Source: Candidatus Limnocylindrales bacterium
GTDB lineage: Bacteria > Moduliflexota > Moduliflexia > Moduliflexales > JAUQPW01
Direction of reading: 5' to 3'
Assembly (NCBI GenBank): GCA_035559535.1
Contig: DATMBG010000006.1
Location: forward strand, 62,001 to 126,000
Length of the DNA stretch: 64,000 bases
This document shows, in pieces, positions 48,662-59,064 of the stretch. Under the pieces are notes generated by a model. The model was not told the DNA's origin. It searched no databases and was given only the letters and a program-made list of their open reading frames with translations. Each line of letters begins with the position of its first letter. Position 1 is the first letter of the stretch. A program made the translations under genes and the position numbers.

Positions 48662-49399
48662 TTATATACCCCTACTCAGCCGTTCAATCAAGAATACCGG
48701 TAGATTTACTTTTCTCATTTTCTGCTGAGTGGTTTGAATATCATAGGGAACCCGTCGAACTTCCACTCTTTTCTTATCCAGATCATAAATTGCATAGGCT
48801 GCTGAAGGATTACGATCTCGAGGTTGACCCACACTCCCCACATTTATGATGTAACGGAAGCCATTCCGGATCTGAAGGGTAAAAGCATCTTTTCTTTCCT
48901 CTATTAAACGATTCTTATCATCGAGGGCGTAGTAAACGGGAATATGCGAATGACCGATAAAAGAGATAGATTCGGTCATATCTTTTAGATGATAAATTGC
49001 ATCGGCGGGAGTAGAAATATAATCCCAGTTTAAAGGATTTTTGGGAGTAGCGTGAACGAAAAGAATATGGTTTTCCCTCACAGAAATCTGGTAAGTCTCT
49101 AATATTTTCCTGTTCTGATCAGATAAAACATCTTGGGTCCAGAGTATCGCATAGGCTGCATAGGGATTAAAATACTCGAGATCGGTTAAGCCGAGGAGGG
49201 CATGATCATGATTTCCCATGATGGTGAAGTTCGTCCGTTCTGCAATAAACTCCACACATTCATTAGGGTTCGGTCCATATCCCACAACATCTCCAAGACA
49301 GACAATCTTATCCGAAGGAGAGACTTTTCCTATCTCTTTAAAGACCGCCTGTAAAGCCTCTAAATTACTATGAATATCCGAGACGATAATGTATCTCAC
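48662..49399 (-). CDS. Calcineurin-like metallophosphoesterase
   Basis: SDIHSN, LGDVVGYG, GNHD, HA, GHSH, NVGSVGQPRD. Confidence 0.92.
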   Translation of the reverse strand: MRYIIVSDIHSNLEALQAVFKEIGKVSPSDKIVCLGDVVGYGPNPNECVEFIAERTNFTIMGNHDHALLGLTDLEYFNPYAAYAILWTQDVLSDQNRKILETYQISVRENHILFVHATPKNPLNWDYISTPADAIYHLKDMTESISFIGHSHIPVYYALDDKNRLIEERKDAFTLQIRNGFRYIINVGSVGQPRDRNPSAAYAIYDLDKKRVEVRRVPYDIQTTQQKMRKVNLPVFLIERLSRGI

Positions 49400-49442
49400 G
49401 GCTATCCTTCAGGAAACCCCTTCTCTGAGAAACCTGGATTGC

Positions 49443-49925
49443 TTAATCTGGATTCTTTGAGGTTTTAGATAGGTCCCTGACTCCAGGGCCTGGAGGGGAT
49501 GGAATATTTTCCGATTTTTTCTTGACCATTGTATGATGAATTTTATCTAAGATACCGTTAATAAAGGCACTGGATTTATCGGTGCTATATTTTTTCGCAA
49601 TATCCAGAGCCTCGTTAATGGTGACTTTGGGAGGAATTTCGTCTTCATAAAGCAATTCATAAATCGCAAAACGAAGTATATTTCTATCCACAGTTGCCAT
49701 CCGATCCAGGGTCCAGTTGGTAACATTTTGTATGATAAGTTTATCGATCTCCTCTTTATGTTCCATGACCCCCCTGACCAGGCGACTCGCAAATGCCTGA
49801 ATCTCAGGAGAATACCTGGTTAAGAACCAGAATTCTGTAAGGGTTTTATCTACCTCCCTAGGTAAAATATCCAGTCCGTATAATATTTTCAGAGCAACCT
49901 CACGGGCCTGTCTTCGTACACCCAT
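49443..49925 (-). CDS. nusB: Transcription antitermination factor NusB
   Basis: RRQARE, DRNILR, INEALDIAKKYS, FINGILD; follows ribH. Confidence 0.96.
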   Translation of the reverse strand: MGVRRQAREVALKILYGLDILPREVDKTLTEFWFLTRYSPEIQAFASRLVRGVMEHKEEIDKLIIQNVTNWTLDRMATVDRNILRFAIYELLYEDEIPPKVTINEALDIAKKYSTDKSSAFINGILDKIHHTMVKKKSENIPSPPGPGVRDLSKTSKNPD

Positions 49926-49946
49926 ACTTCTTTTGTTTTAGAAATC

Positions 49947-50432
49947 CTAGGGAGTTCTCGAACTAAACTCCATTTCTTTAAGTAAATTAACCATCTCAAT
50001 AGCTGAAAGGGCTGCATCCCATCCCTTATTTCCCACTTTGGTTCCAGCCCTCTCTATGGCCTGTTCGATGTTATCGGTTGTCAAAACTCCGTAAATTACA
50101 GGAAGACCTGACTCTAGAGATGCAATAGCGATGCCTTTTGTAACTTCCGAGGCAATATATTCAAAATGGGGTGTTGCCCCTCGAATGACAGCACCTAAAC
50201 AAATAACCGCATCAAAGCGACCACTCTGAGCCATTTTTTTAGCAATAAGCGGTATCTCAAAAGCCCCCGGCGTTTTGGCAATGGTGATATCCTGCTCATC
50301 GGCTCCATTTCGATAAAGAGCATCTAAGGCTCCCTCCAATAAACGCTGGGTAATAAAGTCGTTGAATCGACTCACAACAATTCCAAACCGAAAACCCTCA
50401 GCCGATAATTTACCTTCCAGTATTTTAGGCAT
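49947..50432 (-). CDS. ribH: 6,7-dimethyl-8-ribityllumazine synthase
   Basis: [40 protein letters not shown]. Confidence 0.97.
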   Translation of the reverse strand: MPKILEGKLSAEGFRFGIVVSRFNDFITQRLLEGALDALYRNGADEQDITIAKTPGAFEIPLIAKKMAQSGRFDAVICLGAVIRGATPHFEYIASEVTKGIAIASLESGLPVIYGVLTTDNIEQAIERAGTKVGNKGWDAALSAIEMVNLLKEMEFSSRTP

Positions 50433-50460
50433 AATTCCTCGTGGAGCAGTAAACAGTGGG

Positions 50461-50600
50461 TAGTACTTTGTTTACCCAGTTTTATTTAACTTTTAAGTGG
50501 CCCTCACCCCCGACCTCTCTCCCACAAGGGGAGAGAGGAGTTAGGACATGGGCAATTTCCAGGTTCCCTCTTCCCAATGCGGGAAGAGGACTAGAAAAAC
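50461..50600. repeat. MITE family A end plus REP-like hairpins between ribE and ribH
   Basis: tagtactttgtttac...ttaacttttaagtggccctcacccccgacctctctcccacaaggggagagagg. Confidence 0.65.
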
Positions 50601-50729
50601 TACCTCTGAAAACTCTTGTTTTTCCCGACCCTGTTCCGGATCAAGGGGAATAGAACGCGTTCTCAAGGAATCCTGAAGATCACTCCAACTTATTTACCAC
50701 TCCCTACCTGATAGCCTACCACCTACCGC

Positions 50730-51389
50730 TTACGGCCCACCGTCTAAAAACCCATGTTCGACCAGGAAAGCCAGATCTATGGAACGCTGCTTAGATTCCG
50801 GCCGACCTTGAAGAAGTTTCTCCACATAACGTCCTAAGATATCTGTTTCCAGATTAACCGTATCCCCTACTTTTTTAAAACCCAAGGTTGTTTTGGCCGC
50901 AGTAAAGGGTACAATAGCAACCGAAAAACCATTCGAAGAGGTCTGAATAACAGTTAAACTAATTCCATCTACTGCTATTGAGCCCTTCGGTACTATATAA
51001 CATAGTAATTCTTCAGGAGCTGAAATAGTGAGAAAAATAGTATTTTCCTTAACTTGTTTACTTAAAATTTGACCTGTTCCATCTACATGCCCTAAAACCA
51101 GATGCCCACCCAGCCGATCTGTTAACTTAAGAGATCTCTCCAGATTAACCGGGTCGCCACTTCTCAGGTCCTTTAAATTAGAAACCCGCAAGGTTTCCAG
51201 AGAGATATCCGCGCAGAAAGTAGACGAAGTAATCTCTGTGACGGTCAGACAAACCCCATTGACCGAGATACTATCCCCTAATTTCATATCTTCGAGGACC
51301 GTTTTAGCCCCAACCTTCAATATATAACTATTTCCTCGAGAAATAATTTCTCGAATGGTACCTATCTCTTCAATAATGCCGGTAAACAT
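50730..51389 (-). CDS. ribE: Riboflavin synthase (alpha chain)
   Basis: MFTGIIEE start, SVNGVCLT, VNLER, GGHLVLGHVD, DGISLT. Confidence 0.96.
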   Translation of the reverse strand: MFTGIIEEIGTIREIISRGNSYILKVGAKTVLEDMKLGDSISVNGVCLTVTEITSSTFCADISLETLRVSNLKDLRSGDPVNLERSLKLTDRLGGHLVLGHVDGTGQILSKQVKENTIFLTISAPEELLCYIVPKGSIAVDGISLTVIQTSSNGFSVAIVPFTAAKTTLGFKKVGDTVNLETDILGRYVEKLLQGRPESKQRSIDLAFLVEHGFLDGGP

Positions 51390-51444
51390 AATTATCTCTG
51401 AAGTAAAAATGTGGGTAAAGATCCGTCTACCTGGGGTTAGGTTA

Positions 51445-52551
51445 TTAAATATGTACATATCCCTCGATCATCACATCTTCCCCCAGCATCCTGGTTTGTA
51501 TCTGATATAAAGGAATAGCTTCTGAAAGATTTAAGATTCCTTCTCCCCCTACCGGGGTAGGTGCATTCCGACCCCCGATAATTTTGGGAGCAATAAAACA
51601 GATGACCTTATCGACCAGGTTTTCTTCAAATGCCGAAGCATTAATCTCGGCTCCTCCCTCGATCAGGAGAGAAGAAATTTCCATCTGACCTAGCTGCTCC
51701 AAAACGGATCGAAGAAGGACTTTTCCCCGATCATTTCTTTTAACCGAAAAAACCAAAGCCCCTTGGGCTTCCAGATGTTTCCTTTTCTCCACAGGAGCCG
51801 ACTCCAGGGTAAAAATCAAGGTTTTTGCTACAGGATCTTTATCTAAAACCCGGGCTTCTAAAGGTATACGCAACGTGCTATCTATAATAACCCGATGGGG
51901 GTTACGTCCTGACCGGTTTTCTAAACGAACGGTTAACAAAGGGTCATCTTTTATGACCGTATTAATCCCCACCATTACGGCATCCAATTCACTCCGTAAC
52001 CGATGAACCCATTCCCGGGATTGCGGACGGGTAATATATTTGGACTCCCCGGACACGGTTGCAATTTTACCATCCAGACTCATGGCCATTTTACAGACAA
52101 CAAAAGGTTGTCCGGTTGTAATATATTTGATAAAAGCTTCATTTAACTTTCGGGCTTCGTTTTCTAAAATCCCCACCTGAACTTCGATTCCTGCTGCCCG
52201 AAGTTCCTGGATTCCCCGCCCCTTTACTTTTGGATTTGGATCTTCCATAGCCACAACAACTCTTCGAATCCCTGCCTGGATAATACGACCGACACAGGGG
52301 GGAGTTCTTCCGTAATGGCAACAGGGTTCTAGATTCACATAGAGCGTGGCTCCTTGACTTTTTTCCCCCGCGTCTAGAAGCGCTTCGATTTCAGCATGGG
52401 GTTTTCCAGCTTTCTGATGATATCCTCTTCCCACAATTTCCCCATTTCGAACTACGACACTTCCTACCATGGGGTTTGGGCTGGTGCAACCCCGACCTTT
52501 TTCAGCCAACTCCAGGGCTGCCTGCATAAATAGAAAATCTTGATGTTCCAT
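51445..52551 (-). CDS. ribD: Bifunctional pyrimidine deaminase/reductase RibD
   Basis: PNPMVG, HAE, LEPCCHYGRTPPC, SLDGKIA, IEGG. Confidence 0.97.
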   Translation of the reverse strand: MEHQDFLFMQAALELAEKGRGCTSPNPMVGSVVVRNGEIVGRGYHQKAGKPHAEIEALLDAGEKSQGATLYVNLEPCCHYGRTPPCVGRIIQAGIRRVVVAMEDPNPKVKGRGIQELRAAGIEVQVGILENEARKLNEAFIKYITTGQPFVVCKMAMSLDGKIATVSGESKYITRPQSREWVHRLRSELDAVMVGINTVIKDDPLLTVRLENRSGRNPHRVIIDSTLRIPLEARVLDKDPVAKTLIFTLESAPVEKRKHLEAQGALVFSVKRNDRGKVLLRSVLEQLGQMEISSLLIEGGAEINASAFEENLVDKVICFIAPKIIGGRNAPTPVGGEGILNLSEAIPLYQIQTRMLGEDVMIEGYVHI

Positions 52552-52895
52552 AACCGCTGTTTTTTCTGCTTGTGTTTTATAAACTAATTATACATTCTAC
52601 CCAGGTTCATAGCAAGTTATGCCCGGGTATTGGAACTGTAACAATTCGTTACTAGGAGGCTGAAAGATCTTGGGACAGGGCCCTGGGAGCTCCAAACAGC
52701 TCGTTTCTATGGGATTTTACCCTTTATTTGATACGTATAGCATACCCCCCTTACCGTCCGGTTGTATTCTAAGCTAGAAAGAGAATAATCCCGGATTTAT
52801 TTTTTTATTGACCCGGGTTCGTTCAACACTTTATTCTGATTTAAGTCTGGATTGCAGATTCATCACCATCACAGTTTTACTGTTCCGAGGCGTGC

Positions 52896-53789
52896 ATGGG
52901 TAACTTTTCTAAGACAAGAAACGGCAAGTGGTGTGTGCTTGCAGCGGCCGTCTTGTGGGGTACAACCGGAACTGCTCAAGCTTTTGCTCCCCAGGGAGCC
53001 CAACCGGCGGTAGTCGGTACCGTACGTTTGGTCATTGGGAGTTTTGCCTTACTGATTCTGGCTGCAGTACGGGGAAAGTTATCTCATCAAAACCGCTGGT
53101 CAGTTGTCCCCACATTTTTGGCCGCCGGTAGTATGGCAGCCTATCAATTTTGCTTCTTCAACGGGGTTGCCAGGACGGGGGTGGCCGTAGGGACTATTGT
53201 CGCTATTGGAAGTGCTCCCATTTTCGCCGGTTTTCTGAGTTTCCTCATCAACAAAGAATACCCAGAACCGAAATGGATCACAGCAACCCTGCTGACTATT
53301 ATGGGTTGTAGTTTATTACTTCTTCCTGGGGGTCATGTGATTTTTAATCCTTTGGGTGTAGGTTTAGCGTTGGGCGCCGGAGTTGCCTATGCCATGTTTA
53401 CAGTAATCAGTAAACGATTACTTAAAGAACACCCCTCGGAGGCTGTGATGGCAATTACCTTCTGTTTGGGAGCCGCTTTACTCTCCCCCTTGCTATTTAC
53501 TGCCGATTTAAACTGGCTAACACAACCCCGTGGTCTGGCCGTAGCCTTACATTTGGGCTTTATTGCAACCGGAGCTGCCTATGCTTTGTTTGCTCAAGGT
53601 TTGATAACCGTTCCTGCAGCCAGAGCCGTCACTTTATCCCTTGCCGAACCCCTTACAGCCGGTACTCTGGGTATCATTGTCCTTGGTGAACGACTTACCT
53701 TGTTGGGTATCGCAGGAATTGGATTGATCCTGATCGGATTAACACTCCTTTCGGTGGGAAAAGATTCTCTTTCCATTAGATCCCCTTGA
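52896..53789 (+). CDS. DMT/EamA family transporter
   Basis: 10 hydrophobic segments; LWGTTG, SAPIFAG, LSLAEPLTA, LGE. Confidence 0.9.
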   Translation: MGNFSKTRNGKWCVLAAAVLWGTTGTAQAFAPQGAQPAVVGTVRLVIGSFALLILAAVRGKLSHQNRWSVVPTFLAAGSMAAYQFCFFNGVARTGVAVGTIVAIGSAPIFAGFLSFLINKEYPEPKWITATLLTIMGCSLLLLPGGHVIFNPLGVGLALGAGVAYAMFTVISKRLLKEHPSEAVMAITFCLGAALLSPLLFTADLNWLTQPRGLAVALHLGFIATGAAYALFAQGLITVPAARAVTLSLAEPLTAGTLGIIVLGERLTLLGIAGIGLILIGLTLLSVGKDSLSIRSP

Positions 53790-53900
53790 CACAGGTCCGA
53801 CCATGAATAGAAATTTATAAGACAGGAACTGAGCCTAAAATAATTCTTATCGTAACTGTTCATCCTCGTCCCAACCCTCTCCCAAGTTGTGGGAGCTTTT

Positions 53901-54075
53901 AAGGGTAGGTTTTTTGTAAATATAAATATTAATTGATGGGTGCCCCTATCCTTTCCCCATTCCTTCCCCCTTTTACAAGGGAGATAACTTTGACTGCAAC
54001 GTTCCTTTCCCCCCTTCCCAGCGTGGAAAGGTCAGAAAGGGGGCCTACTCCCATTCGCTCCTAAAAAACCTACCT
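53901..54075. mobile_element. MITE-like element, family C, inside a REP-like repeat
   Basis: aagggtaggtttttt ... aaaaaacctacct; flanked by ccaaccctctccc and ggttagggaagaggg halves. Confidence 0.55.
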
Positions 54076-54124
54076 CAGAAAGGTTAGGGAAGAGGGCCTG
54101 AATAGTTACTCAAAGGAGTAGCCT

Positions 54125-55438
54125 ATGATCTCCGTTGAGGAAGCTAGAGCCATTATTTTAAACCAGATTAAGGTGCTGGGTACCGAGAAGGTCAATTTAT
54201 TTTCTGCTCTAGGGAGAGTCTTGGCAGAAGATGTCCTGGCTCCTTTCAACATTCCTCCCTGGAATAACACGGCCATGGACGGATTTGCAGTTATAGCTCA
54301 AGATACCCGAGGAGCTTCCCGGGAACATCCCATCGTTTTGGAAGTGATTGAAGACCTTCCGGCAGGATATGTAGCCAGATATCCGGTTGGACCAGGACAG
54401 GCTATTCGGATTATGACCGGAGCACCTATTCCAGATGGAGCGGATGCAGTAGTTCGAGTAGAAGATACTGAACTCATTGACGATCGGCATATTAAAGTGT
54501 TTGTTGAAGTGGAGCGGGATCAGGATATTCGTATGGCAGGCGAGGATGTAAAGCAAGGAACCATTATTTTAGAAAGGGGTACCCTCCTTCGACCTGCCGA
54601 TGTGGGATTATTGGCCTCTATCCAGCGATCTTTCGTAGCCGTGTATCAGCGACCCGTAGTTGCTATTTTATCTACAGGAGATGAACTGGTAGATATCGAT
54701 GAACCTTTAATGAAGGGGAAGATTGTCAACAGCAATGGCTATTCCCTGGCGGCTCAAGTCCTGGAGTGTGGAGGAATTCCTATTCAGTTGGGAATTGCAA
54801 AGGATACCCCGGAGGATCTGGAAGAGAAATTCTCACACGGACTCAAGGCCGATGTTTTGATTTCTTCAGCGGGAGTCTCCGTAGGGGATTATGATTATGT
54901 CAAGCAGGTTTTAAAAAAACTGGGAGCCGATATGCAATTCTGGAAGGTGGCTATGAAGCCGGGGAGTCCTTTAACTTTTGGAATCATAAAAGAAAAACCG
55001 GTTTTTGGTCTTCCAGGAAATCCCGTCTCGGCCATGGTGACCTTTGAGTTGTTTGTACGACCCGCTCTTCTGAAAATGAGTGGTCACAAAAAAATATTCC
55101 GTCCCCTTCTCAGGGCGATAGCAGAAGAAAATATCAAACCGGTTAAAGGAAAAACCCATTTCGTGCGTGTACGGCTCTCTACAAGGAACGGTCGCTATTA
55201 TGCTTCTACCACAGGACCTCAGGGTTCCGGAATCCTTCGCTCCATGGCCTTATCCCATGGTCTGGCGGTTATTTCAGAAGGCCAGAACCCCATAAAAGTC
55301 GGGGAAGAAGTTCCGGTCATCGTAATGGATCGAAGCTTTGAGGATCGAGAAAGTATGAGCCTTCGTATCGAAGAGACGTTAATGGAAGATAAGCATTTTC
55401 ATTCCCACGATCCCGGTCATGAAGAATCTTGTTGTTGA
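54125..55438 (+). CDS. moeA: Molybdopterin molybdotransferase MoeA
   Basis: ALGRVLAED, AMDGFAV, IMTGAPIP, STGDEL, SVGDYD, MKPG, GLPGNPVS, QGSG. Confidence 0.96.
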   Translation: MISVEEARAIILNQIKVLGTEKVNLFSALGRVLAEDVLAPFNIPPWNNTAMDGFAVIAQDTRGASREHPIVLEVIEDLPAGYVARYPVGPGQAIRIMTGAPIPDGADAVVRVEDTELIDDRHIKVFVEVERDQDIRMAGEDVKQGTIILERGTLLRPADVGLLASIQRSFVAVYQRPVVAILSTGDELVDIDEPLMKGKIVNSNGYSLAAQVLECGGIPIQLGIAKDTPEDLEEKFSHGLKADVLISSAGVSVGDYDYVKQVLKKLGADMQFWKVAMKPGSPLTFGIIKEKPVFGLPGNPVSAMVTFELFVRPALLKMSGHKKIFRPLLRAIAEENIKPVKGKTHFVRVRLSTRNGRYYASTTGPQGSGILRSMALSHGLAVISEGQNPIKVGEEVPVIVMDRSFEDRESMSLRIEETLMEDKHFHSHDPGHEESCC

Positions 55439-55541
55439 GAGGTACCACCCTTGCCCTCTCCGTCAACGAGGAGAAACAGATAACGTGAAATAATGGTAAA
55501 CCCTTAATTCTACAAACACGCCTTCTAGTTGTATAACTCTG

Positions 55542-56528
55542 ATGAGGGGAATTGAAAGATTTTTATCGCTGATGGAAAAATTTAAACAAACTCGCCTGTT
55601 GGTAATCGGGGATATTATGCTGGACGAGTATATCTGGGGAGAGGTTCATCGTATTTCTCCGGAAGCTCCTGTTCCCATTGTAGAGGTTCAGTCTGAGAGC
55701 TTCCGGCTGGGTGGCGCAGCCAATGTAGCCCACAACATTCGATCCTTAGGTGGAGAAGTTGTAATTTGCGGGATAACCGGGGACGATTTCATGGGGCAAA
55801 GACTTAAGGACCTGCTGAAAGAGATAGGAGTTCCTGTTCACGGGATTTTTCATGAAGAGGGTCGACCTACTACCCTAAAGACCCGGGTTATTGCCCATAG
55901 TCAACAAATTGTCCGATTTGATCGGGAAGTTCGGGGAGATGTATCAGAAAGAACAACCCGGCAAGCTTTGGAATTTATAGAAGCCCAACTTCCTGGAGTC
56001 GATGCGGTAGTTCTGTCTGATTATGCTAAAGGTATGATCACCGTCAAACTTCTCAGAGAGCTAATTCCTCTGTGTCGGCAGAAGGGAAAAATCATTACGG
56101 TAGATCCCAAGATCCATCACTTCCCCGAATATAAAGGAATTACCCTCATGACACCTAACCATTATGAAGCAGGACTGGCCCTGAATATGCAGCTCAAGAG
56201 TGAACAAGAAATTATACTGGCCGGAAGGAAACTTCTGGAACAATTAGATGCCCAGGCTATTTTGATTACCAGGGGAAAAGAAGGTATGTCCTTGTTTGAA
56301 AAGGGAAATCCCCATGTTTCCCATATCTCCACCATGGCCCGAACCGTCTATGACGTAACAGGCGCCGGAGATACCGTCATCGGAACTTTAACCCTGGCTC
56401 TGGCCGCCGGCGGCAGTCTCCTGGATTCCGTCCTCTTAGCTAACCTGGCCGCCGGTCTCGTTGTGGGCAAAATGGGAACGGCTACAGTTACTCCGGAAGA
56501 ACTCAAAGAGGCGTTAGACAACCTGTAG
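55542..56528 (+). CDS. rfaE1: D-glycero-beta-D-manno-heptose-7-phosphate kinase (stand-alone RfaE domain I/HldA)
   Basis: GDIMLDEY, RISPEAPVP, GGAANVA, SDYAKG, VDPK, TPN, DVTGAGDTV. Confidence 0.93.
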   Translation: MRGIERFLSLMEKFKQTRLLVIGDIMLDEYIWGEVHRISPEAPVPIVEVQSESFRLGGAANVAHNIRSLGGEVVICGITGDDFMGQRLKDLLKEIGVPVHGIFHEEGRPTTLKTRVIAHSQQIVRFDREVRGDVSERTTRQALEFIEAQLPGVDAVVLSDYAKGMITVKLLRELIPLCRQKGKIITVDPKIHHFPEYKGITLMTPNHYEAGLALNMQLKSEQEIILAGRKLLEQLDAQAILITRGKEGMSLFEKGNPHVSHISTMARTVYDVTGAGDTVIGTLTLALAAGGSLLDSVLLANLAAGLVVGKMGTATVTPEELKEALDNL

Positions 56529-56737
56529 ATGGCTCGTACATCTTTCCATTCAGAGATGATTTCTATATAGATTCCTATATTCGTATCCTGAGTTATTAAC
56601 CTTTTCCCTTTTCTCTTCCAGCAGGCGGAAGACTTTGTTAAAGAATTGCTCCTACAGGGCATGGATTCTGCAAATTTCCTAAAGCCAATTCAATTGTTTC
56701 TTCCTGGATTACTATCCTTCAAACATTTAGCCTATAT

Positions 56738-56880
56738 TACTACACTGTTTACTTAGTTTTGGCTTAACTTTTAAGTGGCCTTTACCTCCCCCCCGACCTC
56801 CTCCCGCTTCTCCCTCCCTGTCCACGGGGAGGGAGAAGCGGGAGGAGGTCGGGGGGGAGGAGCCGAGGGTGAGGGCAGAG
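56738..56880. repeat. MITE family A end plus a long perfect GC-rich hairpin
   Basis: tactacactgtttac...ttaacttttaagtggcc; cctcccccccgacctcctcccgcttctccctccc / gggagggagaagcgggaggaggtcgggggggagg. Confidence 0.75.
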
Positions 56881-57061
56881 AGTTACATGGAATTAACTTT
56901 ATAAGATACAATCCAATTGGTCGTGGAAGGGATTAAATCGTTAAAAAAAAGTCGTCATAACGAAAACATCATCTTTTCTTAACCCTTTTTTAAGGAAAAC
57001 ATGTTACCGTGAAATAGCCCATAGATAACATTACTTAAAAAGACTGGAAGGGAGCTTAATT

Positions 57062-58735
57062 ATGCCAAAACAACGTTTTACTTCAATTATATGGAAAACC
57101 CGAATCTGGGTATTTCTTTTTTTAGGTTTATTCATTTTCATCTCTTTTTCTGATCTTGTAGCTCAAACTTCTATCTCGGAGTCTGGGATTACAAAGCCGG
57201 AATATCTGGTTTTGATAGTTCTAGATCAGTTAAGACCAGAACATTTAGATCGGTTCCATATGACCAACTTGAAGGCTCTCCAGCGGGAGGGAACTTTCTT
57301 TGGGAATGCCTATGTGGGACACATGACCAGTTTAACCGTTGTCAGTCATCCGGTCATCACTACCGGACTCCTTCCCAAACACCTTGGTTGGGCTGATGGC
57401 ATCTTGCGGGATGAAGCTGGAACCCTGGGTAAAAGGGAAGCTTACCACCTTACCATGGAGTTAAAGAAAGATCAATATTTTCAACTTCTGAAAAGCTATG
57501 GAGTTCCTTCCCTTCCCGATCTCCTTCATCAATACAAGGGGGGTAAAATCGTAGCTGTTAGTGTAAAACCTTATGCTGCTTATAGTTTCGGTGGCCCGGG
57601 TACCGATATTATTATCACCTTATCCGGTAAGTATAAATCGGATTCTTATCCGGGATATCCGGATAGCACTTATGCGGATCTGGTAGGATGGCGGGGTCCT
57701 GTAGGGGTTAATGTTCCTTCTTATATTTCACAACCCATCGGGGGACGCTTCTATCTGGATTCCAGAAATACCTATGGAACCGAAGGGAATATTTATCCTT
57801 TGGATGGAAATCGTTTCGTTCCGGGGTTGGATCCCAATCACCTGGGCGGAGATATCTGGGCAACCGATGTGGCTTTATCGGTAATGCGAAATGAGCAAGA
57901 TTGGCGGGCCATTTTGATTACCTTGGGGGGTATCGATAAAGTGGGACATATGTTTGGTACCCTTACCGATACCCAAATCTCTCTGGATCCTCTTATGAAC
58001 ATGATTCATATGCCTAATATTGCTCGAGTTGCCGATGAGCAGGTTGGCAGAATTGTTCGGGAGTTAAAAGCCCAGGGAAAGTACGAGAAAACCCTTTTGG
58101 TCGTCACAACCGATCATGGGGCTCAGCCTGCAGATTATTTTTACGGCGTAATGAAGCCTGGGCGGAGTGGTGAAAATTTGCATTACGGACGGGCCGAAAA
58201 TGGAGTCTATCTTTCCCCAAGCCCCGTCCTGGAGCCTTTAATTCAGACCCAGAATATCGACTTCAGTATCCAGGACTCAGCCATTCGCGTATGGCTGAAG
58301 GACCGATCTGAACCTAAGCTAAAAGAAGCGGCCAAGGTAGTTCTAACCTTGCCGGGGGTTATAGCGGCTTATTATAAGATTTCTGAAAACGGCGTTTTTC
58401 AATACCGTCTAGGGGGAAAAGACTTTGCCGGACTGGATATAGATCAACGCCAATGGTTTGAGGAACACACCGAGGAACTCCTCGGTACCATGGTGGCTCC
58501 CTATGCCGCCGATGTGGTGGGTGTACTTAAAAATCATGTGAATTATGCCATGGTAGGAGAACACGGTGGGCTTCAAGAACCCGTCCAAAGAATTCCTTTA
58601 CTTTTCGTCGGACCCAATGTTCCTCGTGGAGAGGTTTCCAAAGCACCTGCACGGTTGGTTGATGTGGCTCCTACCATCTTGTCCCTCATGGGAATCGAAA
58701 TACCTGAGAAAATGGATGGAAAAGCGCTGTTTTAG
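57062..58735 (+). CDS. Exported alkaline phosphatase superfamily protein
   Basis: Signal peptide; IVLDQLR, SLTVVSH (Thr nucleophile), IDKVGH, TTDHG, GEHG, VDVAPTI. Confidence 0.88.
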   Translation: MPKQRFTSIIWKTRIWVFLFLGLFIFISFSDLVAQTSISESGITKPEYLVLIVLDQLRPEHLDRFHMTNLKALQREGTFFGNAYVGHMTSLTVVSHPVITTGLLPKHLGWADGILRDEAGTLGKREAYHLTMELKKDQYFQLLKSYGVPSLPDLLHQYKGGKIVAVSVKPYAAYSFGGPGTDIIITLSGKYKSDSYPGYPDSTYADLVGWRGPVGVNVPSYISQPIGGRFYLDSRNTYGTEGNIYPLDGNRFVPGLDPNHLGGDIWATDVALSVMRNEQDWRAILITLGGIDKVGHMFGTLTDTQISLDPLMNMIHMPNIARVADEQVGRIVRELKAQGKYEKTLLVVTTDHGAQPADYFYGVMKPGRSGENLHYGRAENGVYLSPSPVLEPLIQTQNIDFSIQDSAIRVWLKDRSEPKLKEAAKVVLTLPGVIAAYYKISENGVFQYRLGGKDFAGLDIDQRQWFEEHTEELLGTMVAPYAADVVGVLKNHVNYAMVGEHGGLQEPVQRIPLLFVGPNVPRGEVSKAPARLVDVAPTILSLMGIEIPEKMDGKALF

Positions 58736-58897
58736 CTCATTGTCCATGGTTTTTTGTTGGTTGTATCGAAAGGACCCAATCAGGCTCTATAAGAACAATC
58801 TGTAGGGAACCGGTTAAATGGGTCATCCCTTTCCAGATTGAGAGAAGAAGGAAGGGCAGATCTACCAGAGTAGGGCTTAGCCGGGAGCACAACCATC

Positions 58898-59012
58898 TGC
58901 CTCACCCCCTAACCTCCATTGATGGGGAAATGTGGGGCTTCAGGAGAAGGGGAGCGCGGGGGTGAGGGCCACTTAAAGGTTAAGTAAGACTAAGTAAACA
59001 AAGCAACCCTAC
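58898..59012. repeat. REP-like hairpins plus MITE family A end in reverse orientation
   Basis: cctcacccccta...ggggtgagggccacttaaaggttaagtaagactaagtaaacaaag. Confidence 0.65.
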
Positions 59013-59064
59013 CGCGAAGGTAAAAGACAAAAACAACAGACAAGGCCTAAGGGATAGAGAACCC

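Noticed and set aside
52552-52895. FMN riboswitch upstream of ribD
   Set aside because: No recognisable RFN consensus (e.g. GGGCAGGGTGAAATTCCC..ACCGGCGGT) on the minus strand
55430-55483. Cys-Cys-TGA followed by a hairpin, suggesting selenocysteine read-through in moeA
   Set aside because: The hairpin starts at the stop codon itself, does not look like a bacterial SECIS, and the read-through peptide is short and uninformative
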